A stretch of 64,000 bases of DNA from Vulcanimicrobiota bacterium (GCA_963795855.1 CAWCIZ010000003.1:96001-160000); one strand, 5' to 3'; shown: positions 11,191 to 21,882, numbered from the stretch's first letter. Numbers and translations: made by a program. Notes: generated by a model not told the origin, from the letters alone.

Positions 11191-13315
11191 TCAGGTGCCT
11201 TTCGGCGCGCCGATGTAGCGGATCCACTTGAAGAAGAGCGCGTGCTGCGTGCTCAGCTGATTCGGATTGCCGTACACCACGTAAAACTCGTTACGAAGTG
11301 CGAGAAAATGAAACGCCGCCGTCAAATTCATCGCGTCGATTGGCGGAGTGCCGGCGGTCGGCACGTACCCAAACCCCGTGGGTGCGAAGATTCCGACGAT
11401 GCGGCGCGCACCGATATCCATCGACGCTCGGTGACTGAATTGCCAATCCAGCGACGCGCGCTCTAGCGTCTCGTTCGCGCCGATTTCGTTCCATGACGTG
11501 CCCGGACCGAATGCGGAGTACGGCGCGTAGTGTGTGCTGTCCGCCTCCAGTGAGAGAATCAACGGGCGCGCGAGCCGAATTGCAGCCGAACTGTACCAAC
11601 TCGCCAGGAACCCGTGATAGTAGTGGCCCTGCGAATACGTCGCGCTCGATGGCGTCGCGGTGTTCGCCCGGTATGAAAGCGAAACCCCGTTTTGGTTGAA
11701 CGGCAGCATCTCCCCATCCGGCATACGCAAATACGACGAGCCGCCGCCGACGCTAAACCCAAACAGCGACCGCGTACGAATGGACGCGGAGGCGTACTGA
11801 TCGTTCTGATTTGTTTGGCCGCCGTCATCATGATAGCGGTCCCACGAGGTGTTGAGCGATAGCTGCTGCAGGTACGACTTCGGCGAATAATTATAGGTTT
11901 TACTCGCGCTCACGCCGATACCGGTAATGCCCGGATGGCTTACGTATCCGTCGATTGGCTGGAACTGCGAGCCCACATGCTGGTAGTCGACGATGAAGTT
12001 CGACGTTTGATCGATGGCCCCGACGCCGTATTCTTGGTAGCCGCCCTGCGCAGGATCCGTAACGAACGTTCCGCGATCGGTTCCGGCATTGGCGAACGCC
12101 AGCAAATGATTATGCGAGAAGGAGTACCCGGTCACGATCGTGCTGGTTACGTCACGGATGCCCGGTGCGTCGACGCTGACCCGTTGCACGCTGACCTGCG
12201 CCTGATGATCGCGATTCGTTTGGAACAGGCCGAACGTTTGCGCGTCGTCGCTGCGCTGGGAACCGATCGCATCGAATGCGGCGAACGTTGCCGGCCCTTG
12301 GGTGCCTTCGACCGCGTACCCTTGACCGAACGCCGGAATGCTCGGAGTGTACAGCGTCGTCGGACAATTCCAGCAGCCGAAATGGCCGTTGAACTGCGAA
12401 CCGATCTGCGTGAAGAAGGGGCGCACCTCTTGATAGAACCGTGGAAACTCCTGCGGCGTTATCGACTGCTGATCGATTTCGACGTTCGAGTAATCGGGAT
12501 GCAGCGTCGCCACGAATGAGGCGGTATCCGTAATCGGCAGCGAGAAGTCGGCGCCCATGCGTGACGTGCTGCCGCCGGCAACCGGCGAGGCCATTTCACC
12601 CAGCCCGTACACTTGCAGTCGAGCCGGCGGGCGCGCGGCACCGCGCGCAACCTCAATACCGTTCAGCGTGCCGATGTAGTTTACGTCGATGTCGGCTTGC
12701 ATCGCCGGGTTGTCACTCCAGATGTTGCGGGATCCGCTCGCCGTGGTGATCCGCACGAACTGCGCGCGCCAGCCTCTTCGATCCGCCCGAACGAATCACG
12801 TCGAGCGGAATGCGCTCCGTTACCTGATATCCGTAAGAAGTGTTGTGGCCGGCGGATTCCCACTGCGGCGCGTATGCGCTGTTCTCGGTCGAACTCTGAT
12901 CGCGCGCGCCGTTTACGTTCGCCCGAAAGATGTACATGAAACCTTGCGAACCCTGCGGATAGAGCGCCAGCGCAACGTGATCGTCGTTGAGGACGGCGCC
13001 GCCGTTCGTGGTCTGTCCAACGGTGAGCGGCTCGCGCTGGCGGACGTCGAAAGCGAAGTAGAGCGCTTCATGCGACTGGGCGATGTACACCGTCGTCGGC
13101 TCGCTCGCCGCCCGGCGGTAGATGAAATCGTAAGGTAAGTTGATGCGCGCTGCTCCGTTCCACGACGCGTCGATGACGCCGTTTACATGAGGCGCGGTCG
13201 CGAGCTGCGGTACGGTGATGGACGGATCTGCAGAGGACGTGGCTGCGCGCGCCGTGCTCGTAAAGAACAGCATTGCGTACGCCAGCGTCGCCACCCGGAA
13301 TACGAAGCGGGACAT
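11191..13315 (-). CDS. Secreted CBM9-like plus DUF5916-like outer-membrane protein, frameshift at about 12773
   Basis: Signal peptide, APHVNGVIDASW, ALYFAF, ATLHPDYSNVEIDQ...FYQEVRPFF, beta-rich C-terminal half. Confidence 0.7.
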
Positions 13316-13452
13316 TGGCGACGTTTACGCCGCCGGGTTCATGTAAGCCTAGCGCCTGGGCGCGCGGCGGCATCTTTGACGGGCGAGTAAGCGTTTTTGG
13401 CATGAGCCGGTCGTTGCTTTGTGAAAGGCTCGTCAAGAGAGAACGCTGCATC

Positions 13453-13827
13453 ATGACACCGCGAATTCGGACAAAGCGCGCATACGAAGCGCCGAGCCGC
13501 ACCGACGGCTTTCGCGTGCTCGTCGATCGCGTGTGGCCGCGAGGCGTGTCAAAAGACGATCTACAGGCGGATATGTGGGCGAAAGACGTCGCTCCAAGCA
13601 CCAAACTGCGCACGTGGTTCGGCCACGATCCCGAGCGCTGGGTTGAATTTCAAAAGCGCTATCGAGCCGAACTGCGCGAGTCCCCAGCGCAAGAACGGCT
13701 GGACGACATCATCGCGAACGCCGGCACGCGCTCCAACATCACGCTGCTGTACGGCGCGAAGGACACCGAGCATAATCAGGCGGTCGTCCTCAAGGCGGCA
13801 CTGGAGCGCCTGATTTCGCGCAAATGA
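13453..13827 (+). CDS. DUF488 family protein (YeaO-like)
   Basis: IRTKRAYE...DGFRVLVDRVWPRGV...VAPSTKLRTWFGHDP...TLLYGAKDTEHNQAVVL. Confidence 0.92.
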   Translation: MTPRIRTKRAYEAPSRTDGFRVLVDRVWPRGVSKDDLQADMWAKDVAPSTKLRTWFGHDPERWVEFQKRYRAELRESPAQERLDDIIANAGTRSNITLLYGAKDTEHNQAVVLKAALERLISRK

Positions 13828-13861
13828 AACAGCCCGCGGACCGGTCGGGTATGTAGACGCA

Positions 13862-14077
13862 ATGGAATCGTATGCGTGGATCGGCCTTGCCGCAGTGGTG
13901 CTGCTCGCACTTTTCTTCATCTGGAGTTTTTTCATTCGGGTCGATCCCCGGGTCGTCAATCAAATCTCCTCCGATTCGGCCGGATATCGCAAGACGCGCT
14001 TGCCGCTGGATGCCGACACGCAAAAGTACTTGGGCAATGACGACTTGGATGCAACGCAACGCGGTCCACGAAACTGA
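13862..14077 (+). CDS. Small single-TM hypothetical protein
   Basis: 71 aa with an N-terminal hydrophobic helix (AWIGLAAVVLLALFFIWSFFI). Confidence 0.5.
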   Translation: MESYAWIGLAAVVLLALFFIWSFFIRVDPRVVNQISSDSAGYRKTRLPLDADTQKYLGNDDLDATQRGPRN

Positions 14078-14348
14078 GTTCTCAAATTTCCTGAATCCGT
14101 CGGGCACTTGAAATAGCGGAGATTCGCAGCGCCCGGCTTCACGGCACGGGAAGGTCCTGAGACATCAGGTCACGCGTCATGATAGGCGCCACTCCACCTC
14201 CATGCAGCGTCGCGCCGAATTCGCAGCGTTTCCACGCAGGATTTAGTGCAGAATCTTCGCGAATAGCCGTGCGGTCGAGAAGGAGAGTCACCTGCAGCAA
14301 CTCTTCGGGACGCTCCAGCAAACGATCGCCAAGGATCGCAACCGCTAG

Positions 14349-15972
14349 ATGAAGCGCTGGACGCTGATCGCCGCCGTGCTGGTGCTCTGCGCCTGCGGGC
14401 GCACGGGCGGCGGTTATCGTCCAGTGCCCGACACGCTCAACGTCGGCACGGCGATCGAACCGAACAGCCTCAACCCGCTGCTCACGAGCGAGTCGATCGA
14501 AAACGATCTCGACGGCCTGATCTTCAACGGCCTCACACACGAAGACGACCGCAACGTCACGCAGCCGGACTTGGCCACGGTCGTGCCGACGCAGCAGAAC
14601 GGCGGCATCAGCAAAGACGGCAAAACGATCACCTATCACTTGCGCAGGGGCGTGCGCTGGCAAGACGGCGTGCCGTTCACCTCGAGTGACGTCAAGTTCA
14701 CGTGGCAGGCAATCATGAATCCGAACACGCTGACCGGCAACCGCGTTCCGTACGATCAGGTCAGGAGCGTGGATACGCCCGATACAAACACCGTGGTCTT
14801 CCACCTCAAAGGGCCGTACGCGCCGTTCGTCGCCGAAGCGTTCAACAGCACGACCATCGAGTACATAGTGCCGCAGCATCTGCTCAGGAACTACCGCGAC
14901 CTTAACAAAGTGCCGTTCAACGTCAAACCCGTCGGGACGGGGCCGTACAAGGCTGGTGCGCTGGGCGCACGGCGATCGCATCGAGTTCACCGCGAATACT
15001 CAGTATTTCAGAGGCGCGCCGAAAATAGCGAAGATCGTCGTGCACGAGATCCCGGACGAAAACACCGGCATGAATCAGCTGCGCGCGCACGAGATTCAGT
15101 GGTTTCCGTACATCAGTGAGGCCTCGTACAACCTGGTCAAAGGCACGCCCGGCATTCGCATCGTTGTGACGCCGCAGAACGCGTACCGCGCGATCTACAT
15201 CAACACGGAGCGGCCGATTCTTTCCGATGTTCGGGTGCGTCAAGCCATCGCGTACGCCGTCGACAAGAAACAGCTCGTCGATAAGGTGACGCACGGCACG
15301 GGGATCGTTGCCACCGAAGATATGCCGGACTTCATGTGGGCGTACGATAAGAGCGTGCCCGTCTATGCTTACGATCCGGCGAAGGCGCGCGCGCTCTTGG
15401 ACGCGGCCGGCTGGCATGCCGGGCCCGACGGCGTTCGCGTGCGCAACGGGCGGCCTTTGGCATTCACCATGGCGCTGCGGCAAGGCGCCGCCGGCGATAG
15501 CTCGATGGCGGTGATGATCCAGTCGTGGCTGCGCGATATCGGCATGCAGATTTCGATAAAGTCGTATCCCGGCTCGATGCTGTTTGCGGTTGGACCCTCC
15601 GGTGTGCTGGAGCCGGGGAAGTACGAACTCGACATCAGCGGCTTTACGCAAACGGCCGATCCGGACAATTCCGCGACCTTCACGTGCGCAACGCGCCCGC
15701 CCAACGGGTTTAATTGGACGCGCTACTGCAGCGCGGAAATGGACCGGCTGCAGGCGCAAGCGATTTCGACGTACGATCGCGCCAAGCGCAAAGCCGTGTA
15801 CGCGAAGATCGAGGCGTTGCTCGCTCACGACGTCCCGCAAGTCTACATCTACTATCAGCCGCAGATTAGCGCGATTAGTGAGGATCTGCAGAACTTCAAG
15901 CCCAGCATGGTCACGCCGATGTGGAATGCCGAGCAGTGGAGCTTCGGGGGCCTTAAAGCGCGAGTTCCATGA
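14349..15972 (+). CDS. Peptide ABC transporter substrate-binding lipoprotein (family 5), frameshift at about 14952
   Basis: Lipobox LCAC, EPNSLNPL, YHLRRGVRWQDGVPFTSSDVKFT, PVGTGPY, DVRVRQAIAYAVD, NWTRYC. Confidence 0.9.
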
Positions 15973-16275
15973 CCGGCAGCGTGCCGCCGTTCCCGGCGCA
16001 GGACGGCACCTGCGCGACGCAGCGCATACCGAAGCGCTCGTAGAATGCTTGGGCATAAGGATCGGACTGCAGCGTTAACATTTTCGCTGCATTTGGCGCG
16101 CATACGCGAGCGCATGTTCCAAAAGCAATCGGCGGATGCCGCGTCCGAAGTAGTCGGGTTCGATGAACAGATCGCGCAGGAAGGCGTTCTCTGCGTCCAT
16201 CTGCAGCAGCAAATAGCCGCACCTGCGGCCGTCGACTTCAGCAACCACGCAGTATGCGTGCGCAATATCGTCCTG
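15953..16275 (-). pseudogene. 5'-truncated, frameshifted GNAT acetyltransferase
   Basis: Hand translation: QDDIAHAYCVVAEVDGRRCGY...LRDLFIEPDYFGRGIRRLL, then a frameshift at about 16090, then LTLQSDPYAQAFYERFG. An in-frame TGA lies directly upstream and no N-terminus is found. Confidence 0.7.
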
Positions 16276-16276
16276 T

Positions 16277-17847
16277 CATGCCACGATAACGGAGTCCCCC
16301 GTCTCCGATTGCACGCGACAAACGCACACCGAAAGCAAAACGCCAGCCAATTTGCGGGAAGTATCGCGCGGGCACGCCATCACTTGCGCTTGTGTAGCAC
16401 AGAAGATATAAACTGAAGCGCCACGATGATCGCGAGCCATCCAATTCCGAACGGAATACGCATGGTTACTAATGAAGGCACGACTAAGGTCGGGGGCCGT
16501 CACCCGTGGGTGCCGGGCTTCGGCATTATCCAGTATCGATAAATGGATGGAGACTGCCATGCAACAGAAGCGAGTTCAACGTAGTAAGCGCCGCCGACAA
16601 CACGGAACGGGATCGCTTCGTGAAATCGCTCCAGGCAAGTGGCAGCTCCGCTACAAAGGGGAATCCGATATCGCATTCGCAACGACGAAAAGCGCCGCTT
16701 CCGAAGCCCTGCAAGTTTTCGTAGACAGGGTACGGAACGGCGGAATAGCGTCTGGCGATCGCATAACGTTTGACCAGCTCGCCGACCTTTATCTCGAATC
16801 GAAATCTCGCTCGAAGGCACCCACATCACTGGCTTGGTATAAGCGCAACCTCAAGCAGCACCGTTCGACCAGCGATTGGTGCCATGAAGTTGAGAGACTT
16901 CGTGCCATCCATGTGCAGCGGATGCTCGATGGTGCTAAGGATAAGTCGCGAACGAGGCGCAAAGGGGAATTGCTCGGTGCGACGAGCCTGCGAAACTTAC
17001 TTGTGCTGGTGCGTGCGATTCTGGCATGTGGCATGAAGCAAGGAATCCTTCGTGAGAACGTTGCGAGCAAAGTTGAGCCTCCTCGCGCTGAGCACGTGGA
17101 GCGCCCGGCTCTCACGCCCCGGGATGCGGCAAACCTTCTTCGTGCAGCTCAGGGGACGGAACTATTCGCAATCATAGCGACTGCGATCGCTACGGGAGCC
17201 CGACGCTCCGACCCCTGCGCCCTGCGCTGGAATGATCTGGATCTTGAAGCAGGGACACTCGCCATTCGTCGCTCTGCCGCAAATGTCGATAAGCGCGTGG
17301 TCATCGGCGAAACGAAGACCAAAAACTCTCGGCGGACAGACCACTTGCCGGCGTTTCTAATAACGTTGCTCGACCAGCATCGGCACAGGCAGCTGGGCGG
17401 TTACAAGCACTATTTGGCGAGTTCGACGGACGGCGTCGTCAGCAGGATGGCTATGTTTTTACGACGCCGACGGGCGACATTTGGGACCCGAAGGAACTGT
17501 CGCGCCAATTCGCACGCTTCGTGCGTCGTGAAAAGCTCCCGCACTTTCGATTCCACGACATGCGGCCCGGTTTTGCCAGCCTCGCGTTCGCGGCGGGCGT
17601 ACCCCTCGCAGTCGTGAGCAAATCGCTGGGTCACGCGAGTATCGGCATCACTGCGAACGTTTACACGCATCTACTGACGGACCAGAAGCGCGAAAAGGCA
17701 GCCATCATCGACGCCTATCTCGGGGCTGCGATTGCGTCGAAAACAGAGCCCGCGTAGCGCGAAAACAAGCGCATAGTGGATGGTTATTGGATCGCGGAAG
17801 CATCCGTGCAATGAAAAGGCCCGTCAAATCGGCCAAAAAGGTGGGAC
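16277..17847. mobile_element. Remnant of an integrative element at the 3' end of tRNA-Sec
   Basis: The integrase ends 90 bp from the tRNA CCA end. The segment looks less GC-rich than its flanks, and the left neighbour is truncated. No convincing second att site; the left boundary is approximate. Confidence 0.6.
16559..17757 (+). pseudogene. Tyrosine recombinase/integrase (phage/ICE type), degraded
   Basis: GGAGA RBS; N-terminal RRQHGTGSL..GKWQLRY; ATGARRSDPCALRW; RFHDMRP; LGHASIGITANVYTH. Indels at about 16861, 16900 and 17398. Confidence 0.85.
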
Positions 17848-17941
17848 TGGCGGGAAAGTGTAGGAATCGAACCTACCAGCCGAGTTACCCCGGCCTCAGC
17901 AGTTTTGAAGACTGTGCGGGCCACCAGACCCGTACTCTCCC
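17848..17941 (-). tRNA. selC: tRNA-Sec (anticodon UCA)
   Basis: GGGAGAGTACGGGTCTGGTGGCCCGCACAGTCTTCAAAACTGCTGAGGCCGGGGTAACTCGGCTGGTAGGTTCGATTCCTACACTTTCCCGCCA. It has an 8-bp acceptor stem, TCA anticodon, long variable arm, GTTCGATT T-loop and encoded CCA. Confidence 0.96.
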
Positions 17942-18032
17942 ATAGTTGCCGTTTCGCGGGCTGTTAGCCACATCACCGCGCCGTCCTTTGCGAGAAGGAC
18001 GCGTTGCAGAAAAGCCACGAAATTACACCTAG

Positions 18033-18356
18033 ATGCGCTTATCGTCGTTCGCGGTATTGCTGATGTCCGCAGCGCTGCTCGCGACAGGTTGCGCAGGCGC
18101 AAGCTTCGGTGGTTGTCAGCTGCCCGCAAAACTGCCGAGTCTTGCCGGTACTCCGATACCGACGCAGCCGATTCCGGTTGCGGCCGGCACGACGAGTGCT
18201 GCGACCGTAGTCGTAAAAGTGGTCGTTGACTCGACTGGCGACCCGACCTCGACTTCGATCGAGCAAAGTTCGCAAAACAGCGTCATGGATGCGACCGCGC
18301 TTTCGCTCGTTCGGCAGTCGAAGTTCTTCGCAGGTGCAGCCGGACTTAGCGGCTGA
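18033..18356 (+). CDS. Lipoprotein with TonB C-terminal-like domain (possibly truncated)
   Basis: Lipobox LATGC, Pro-rich linker, TVVVKVVVDSTGDPTSTSIEQSSQNSVMDATALSLVRQSKF. Confidence 0.6.
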   Translation: MRLSSFAVLLMSAALLATGCAGASFGGCQLPAKLPSLAGTPIPTQPIPVAAGTTSAATVVVKVVVDSTGDPTSTSIEQSSQNSVMDATALSLVRQSKFFAGAAGLSG

Positions 18357-18750
18357 CGATCATCCACTCCGTGCCGAAGCGATCGGTGACCGTGCCGAAT
18401 TTGCCGCCCCAGAACGCGTCGCTGAACGGCTGCGATACCGACCCGCCTTCGGCGAGCGCGTTGAACACGCGTTCTGCACGCGACGCGTCGTCGATGCCGA
18501 GTGAAAGTGAGACGTTGCCTTCGTCGGGATCGACGCGCTTGGAAAGATCGCCGTCGGACGCCATGAACGAAAAACCGTCGCCGGTGAACGTAGCGTGCAT
18601 AACTTTGTTGCGAAGTTCCGGAGCGACCTGGTCTGCCATCGGCGAGCCTTCGAACCGGTTCAGTTCTATCGTGCCGCCGATCGCGTTTTTATAGAATTCG
18701 AGCGCTTCTTCGCAGGTGCCGTAGAAATAAATATACGGTTGAAGTTGCAT
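18346..18750 (-). CDS. VOC family protein (PhnB-like)
   Basis: MQLQPYIYFYGTCEEALEFY...VMHATF...FWGGKFGTVTDRFGTEWMI. Confidence 0.9.
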   Translation of the reverse strand: MQLQPYIYFYGTCEEALEFYKNAIGGTIELNRFEGSPMADQVAPELRNKVMHATFTGDGFSFMASDGDLSKRVDPDEGNVSLSLGIDDASRAERVFNALAEGGSVSQPFSDAFWGGKFGTVTDRFGTEWMIVSR

Positions 18751-18789
18751 GCGAGCGATTTCAAGCATAAGCGGCGAACATCCCTGTCC

Positions 18790-19525
18790 ATGAACGTGCT
18801 CCTCACCGGCGGTTCGCGCGGAATCGGCCGTGCTATCGTGTGCGCGCTGCATGACGCAGGCAGTTCGATCGTGTTCACCTACAATCGCGAAACCGAACAA
18901 GCGCATGCCCTGTGCGCGGAACTTGGCAGCCGCGTGTGGGCGCAGCAATGCGACGTCGCACGGCACGAAATGCTTCCGCCGCTGGTCGATGCGGCGCTGC
19001 AGCGGCTCGGTTCTATCGACGTGCTCGTGAACAACGCGGCAATCTTTTCGGAGAATCCGTTCTTCGGCACTGATTACGAGTCGTGGCGCGCCGGTTGGCA
19101 GCACACGTTCGACGTGAACCTGTTCGGAGCTGCGAATCTGACCTTTCTCGTGCTGCAGCACATGCGCCGGCGCGGGCGCGGCAAGATCTTGAACATCGTC
19201 TCACGAGCAGCGCATCGCGGCGAGTTGACGTTCGCGGATTACGGCGCCAGCAAAGCGGCGCTGACCAATTTGACGAAGTCGATCGCGCGTTCGTGCGCGA
19301 AAGACGGCATCGTCGCGATCGCGATTGCGCCCGGCTTCATCGAAACCGACATGGCGGCTCCGGATTTGGAAACGCGCGGCGAGGAACTTGCCGCCGAAGT
19401 GCCGCTGGGCTACATCGGCAAGCCGGAAGAGGTCGCGTCCATCGTCACATTCTTCGCCGGCGATGCGGCGCAACTACGCCAACGGCGCGACGATCGACGT
19501 GAACGGCGGCAGCTACGTGCGTTGA
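18790..19525 (+). CDS. Short-chain dehydrogenase/reductase, frameshift at about 19470
   Basis: TGGSRGIG, LVNNAA, YGASK, IAPGFIETDM; C-terminal YANGATIDVNGG lies in another frame. Confidence 0.9.
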
Positions 19526-19529
19526 TTGC

Positions 19530-20486
19530 TTACGCTTCGAGCAACGCAAGCCGCTTACGAATCGCCCACGCGCCGCGTTTGAATTCGCGGCTCAGCGCGG
19601 CGACGATCGCCGCCTTCGTCAAGCCTGCTGCGTGCAAGTCGCCGTATCGTTTGCGTAAGCGCTGCGATTCCGCGGCGCTCCACGCTCTGCCCCGATTTCG
19701 CACGACGTGCGGACGCGGCTCCGGCCGCAGCAACGAACCCGCTTCGACCGCGTCGATGCGTTTCACGCACGCTTCGTAGGCCTTCTTCGAAATTTCGAAA
19801 CCGGCGAAGCGGCGGTTCATGCCGACGGCGACTGCGCCGGTCGATCCGCCACCCATGAAAAAATCGCAAACGAGATCGCCCTCGTTGCTGCTGTACGCGA
19901 TCATTTTTTCTAAAAGCGCTGCGGGCAGTTCGTTTTTGTTCTTTTCGCGGCCTGGCTTGTACTCGCGATTAACGATCCAAACGTCCTCGCGATCCCGATA
20001 GTTGGCCGAGCCGCCGTCTTCTGCGCTCGCATCCAGCGGAAAGCGGGCTTGCAGATTGAACGTTCGGCGCGCGCCCGGCTTTGCGTAATAGAGAATGTGA
20101 TAGTGCGAGGACACGAATTTGACCGACGTGTACACGCCGAACGCGTACTTCCAAATCAAGTGATTGATCTCGACGAGGCTGGTAGCGCGCAGCGCGTCGA
20201 GCACGTCGTACAAATTCGTATAGCCCGAAACGACGTACAACTGTCCGCCTGGGCGCAGGACGCGCTCGGCCTGAGCGACCCAAGCGCGGCTGAATGCGTT
20301 GTAGGCATGCTTTTCCACCTCGACGTAGCCGTCGATCACAAAGCGCTCGTCGCGGTTGTAATGCCGATGCAGACGGTCGCCCTGAATACCATACGGCGGG
20401 TCGGTGATGACGAGATCGACGCTCGCGTCGGGCAGGTGACGCAATGCTCCCTTAACGCAATCCGCATTGACTAAAAGGCCGGCCAT
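19530..20486 (-). CDS. Orphan beta-class DNA amino-methyltransferase (N4-C/N6-A) with C-terminal HTH-like extension
   Basis: Catalytic DLVITDPPY precedes the SAM-binding DFFMGGGSTG...GFE. No nuclease gene is adjacent. Confidence 0.92.
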   Translation of the reverse strand: MAGLLVNADCVKGALRHLPDASVDLVITDPPYGIQGDRLHRHYNRDERFVIDGYVEVEKHAYNAFSRAWVAQAERVLRPGGQLYVVSGYTNLYDVLDALRATSLVEINHLIWKYAFGVYTSVKFVSSHYHILYYAKPGARRTFNLQARFPLDASAEDGGSANYRDREDVWIVNREYKPGREKNKNELPAALLEKMIAYSSNEGDLVCDFFMGGGSTGAVAVGMNRRFAGFEISKKAYEACVKRIDAVEAGSLLRPEPRPHVVRNRGRAWSAAESQRLRKRYGDLHAAGLTKAAIVAALSREFKRGAWAIRKRLALLEA

Positions 20487-20529
20487 AGGGGAAGCGTACT
20501 CCGAAGGCGCCGAAGTCTCCCACACGCAC

Positions 20530-21822
20530 ATGGCAACTCTCCGGGAAGAGACGCACGAGAGCCGCGTACTCCAGCGCCTTTTCGAGATCACGCAAGACAT
20601 TCTGCAGGCACAGGCGGCCGGGCCGGCGCTGAAGTCTATTGCGCGCGGGCTGAGCGATCTCTACGGATTCAAATACGTTTCCATCGTGGCCTCGGACCGG
20701 CCCGGAGGCGAGATGTACCGTCGCGTCATCATCGGTTTTCCCGAAGATGCGATCCGCGATCGGCGCGGCGAGCACATACCGCGCGAAGCGATGGTTGAAC
20801 TACTGCTTCCGGAATTCGAGGTCGTACCGCACTGCTATTACATTCCGGCCGAGCGCGAGCAGTTGTGGGCTTACAACATTTACATCGGCGACGCGCTGAG
20901 CGACCGCGTGCGTGCGCGTCCGAACGCATGGCACGAGCACGACTCGCTCACCCTGGTGCTGGCCGATCCCGAAGGCGAAATGATTGGCTACGTTTCGCTG
21001 GACGGTCCGCTCGACGGCCTGGTTCCCTCGCAGGAAACGCTGCGGCAGATGCAGCTCTTCGTCAATCTCGTCGGCCTCGCGCTCGGAAATATGCGCGGTC
21101 ATGCAATCGAAGTGGAGCGCCGCCAAATGGTGGAGCAAACCTCGCGCGCGCAAAGCAATTTTCTCGGGGTCGTCTCGCACGAGGTACGCTCGCCGCTTTC
21201 TGCCATTCGGGGCGCCACCATACTGCTCGACACACATTTCGATTCGCTCTCGGCGGAGCGGCGCAGCGAACTGCTCGCCGTCCTCACCTCGTCGACCGCG
21301 CGTCTCTCGGCGATATTCGAAGACTTTTTGCTGCTCTCGCGCATGGATGCGGGAAAACTTACCCTGCGCGCGCTTCGCGTCGATCCGATCGCGGTCGTCG
21401 AAGAGTCCGTCGCGCGCATCGAGAGCGAGAATTCGAACCGGCAGTTCCGTACCTTGTATCTCGAGCCGCTTCCGCCCGTATTCGCGGACGAAGGACGCAT
21501 CGTGCAAGTCCTTACGAACATGCTGTCCAACGCGGCGAAGTATTCGACCGAAGGTTCGGTGATCGTCGTAGAGATCAAGCCCACGGACGATGGCGTGCTT
21601 TTCGCCGTGAAGAACGAAGGCCCGGGCGTACCGGAAAACGAGCGCGACAAGCTCTTCACCCGCTTTGGTCGTATCGGGCGCGACAACGGCGACGCCTCCA
21701 TCGGTCTGGGCTTGTACATCTGCCACGAGTTGGTGACGATGATGGGCGGGAGCATCGGCTACGAGCGCGAGCCGAACAAGGTGACGACCTTCTGGTTTAC
21801 GCTGCCGCGTGCGGGCGAGTAG
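20530..21822 (+). CDS. Cytoplasmic GAF-domain sensor histidine kinase
   Basis: H-box SHEVRSPL, N-box QVLTNMLSNAAKY, NEGPGV, GLGLYIC. Confidence 0.9.
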   Translation: MATLREETHESRVLQRLFEITQDILQAQAAGPALKSIARGLSDLYGFKYVSIVASDRPGGEMYRRVIIGFPEDAIRDRRGEHIPREAMVELLLPEFEVVPHCYYIPAEREQLWAYNIYIGDALSDRVRARPNAWHEHDSLTLVLADPEGEMIGYVSLDGPLDGLVPSQETLRQMQLFVNLVGLALGNMRGHAIEVERRQMVEQTSRAQSNFLGVVSHEVRSPLSAIRGATILLDTHFDSLSAERRSELLAVLTSSTARLSAIFEDFLLLSRMDAGKLTLRALRVDPIAVVEESVARIESENSNRQFRTLYLEPLPPVFADEGRIVQVLTNMLSNAAKYSTEGSVIVVEIKPTDDGVLFAVKNEGPGVPENERDKLFTRFGRIGRDNGDASIGLGLYICHELVTMMGGSIGYEREPNKVTTFWFTLPRAGE

Positions 21823-21882
21823 GCTGCCCCCAGCCAAACCAGTAGCGCACAAGGCCGGTTCTATGGTAAGAACAGCACGACC

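Noticed and set aside
14078..14348. Riboswitch upstream of the peptide-binding protein
   Set aside because: Only isolated words (GGGAAGG, CTGAGA, GGAGAG); no complete cobalamin, TPP or glycine architecture.
16276..16278. In-frame TGA before the GNAT fragment as a selenocysteine codon
   Set aside because: The upstream frame is not GNAT-like, the position is not a catalytic Cys, and no SECIS-like stem is evident.
16352..16362. TTGCGGGAAGT as the distal att copy of the selC 3' end
   Set aside because: Only a short gapped match to TGGCGGGAAAGT; could easily be chance.
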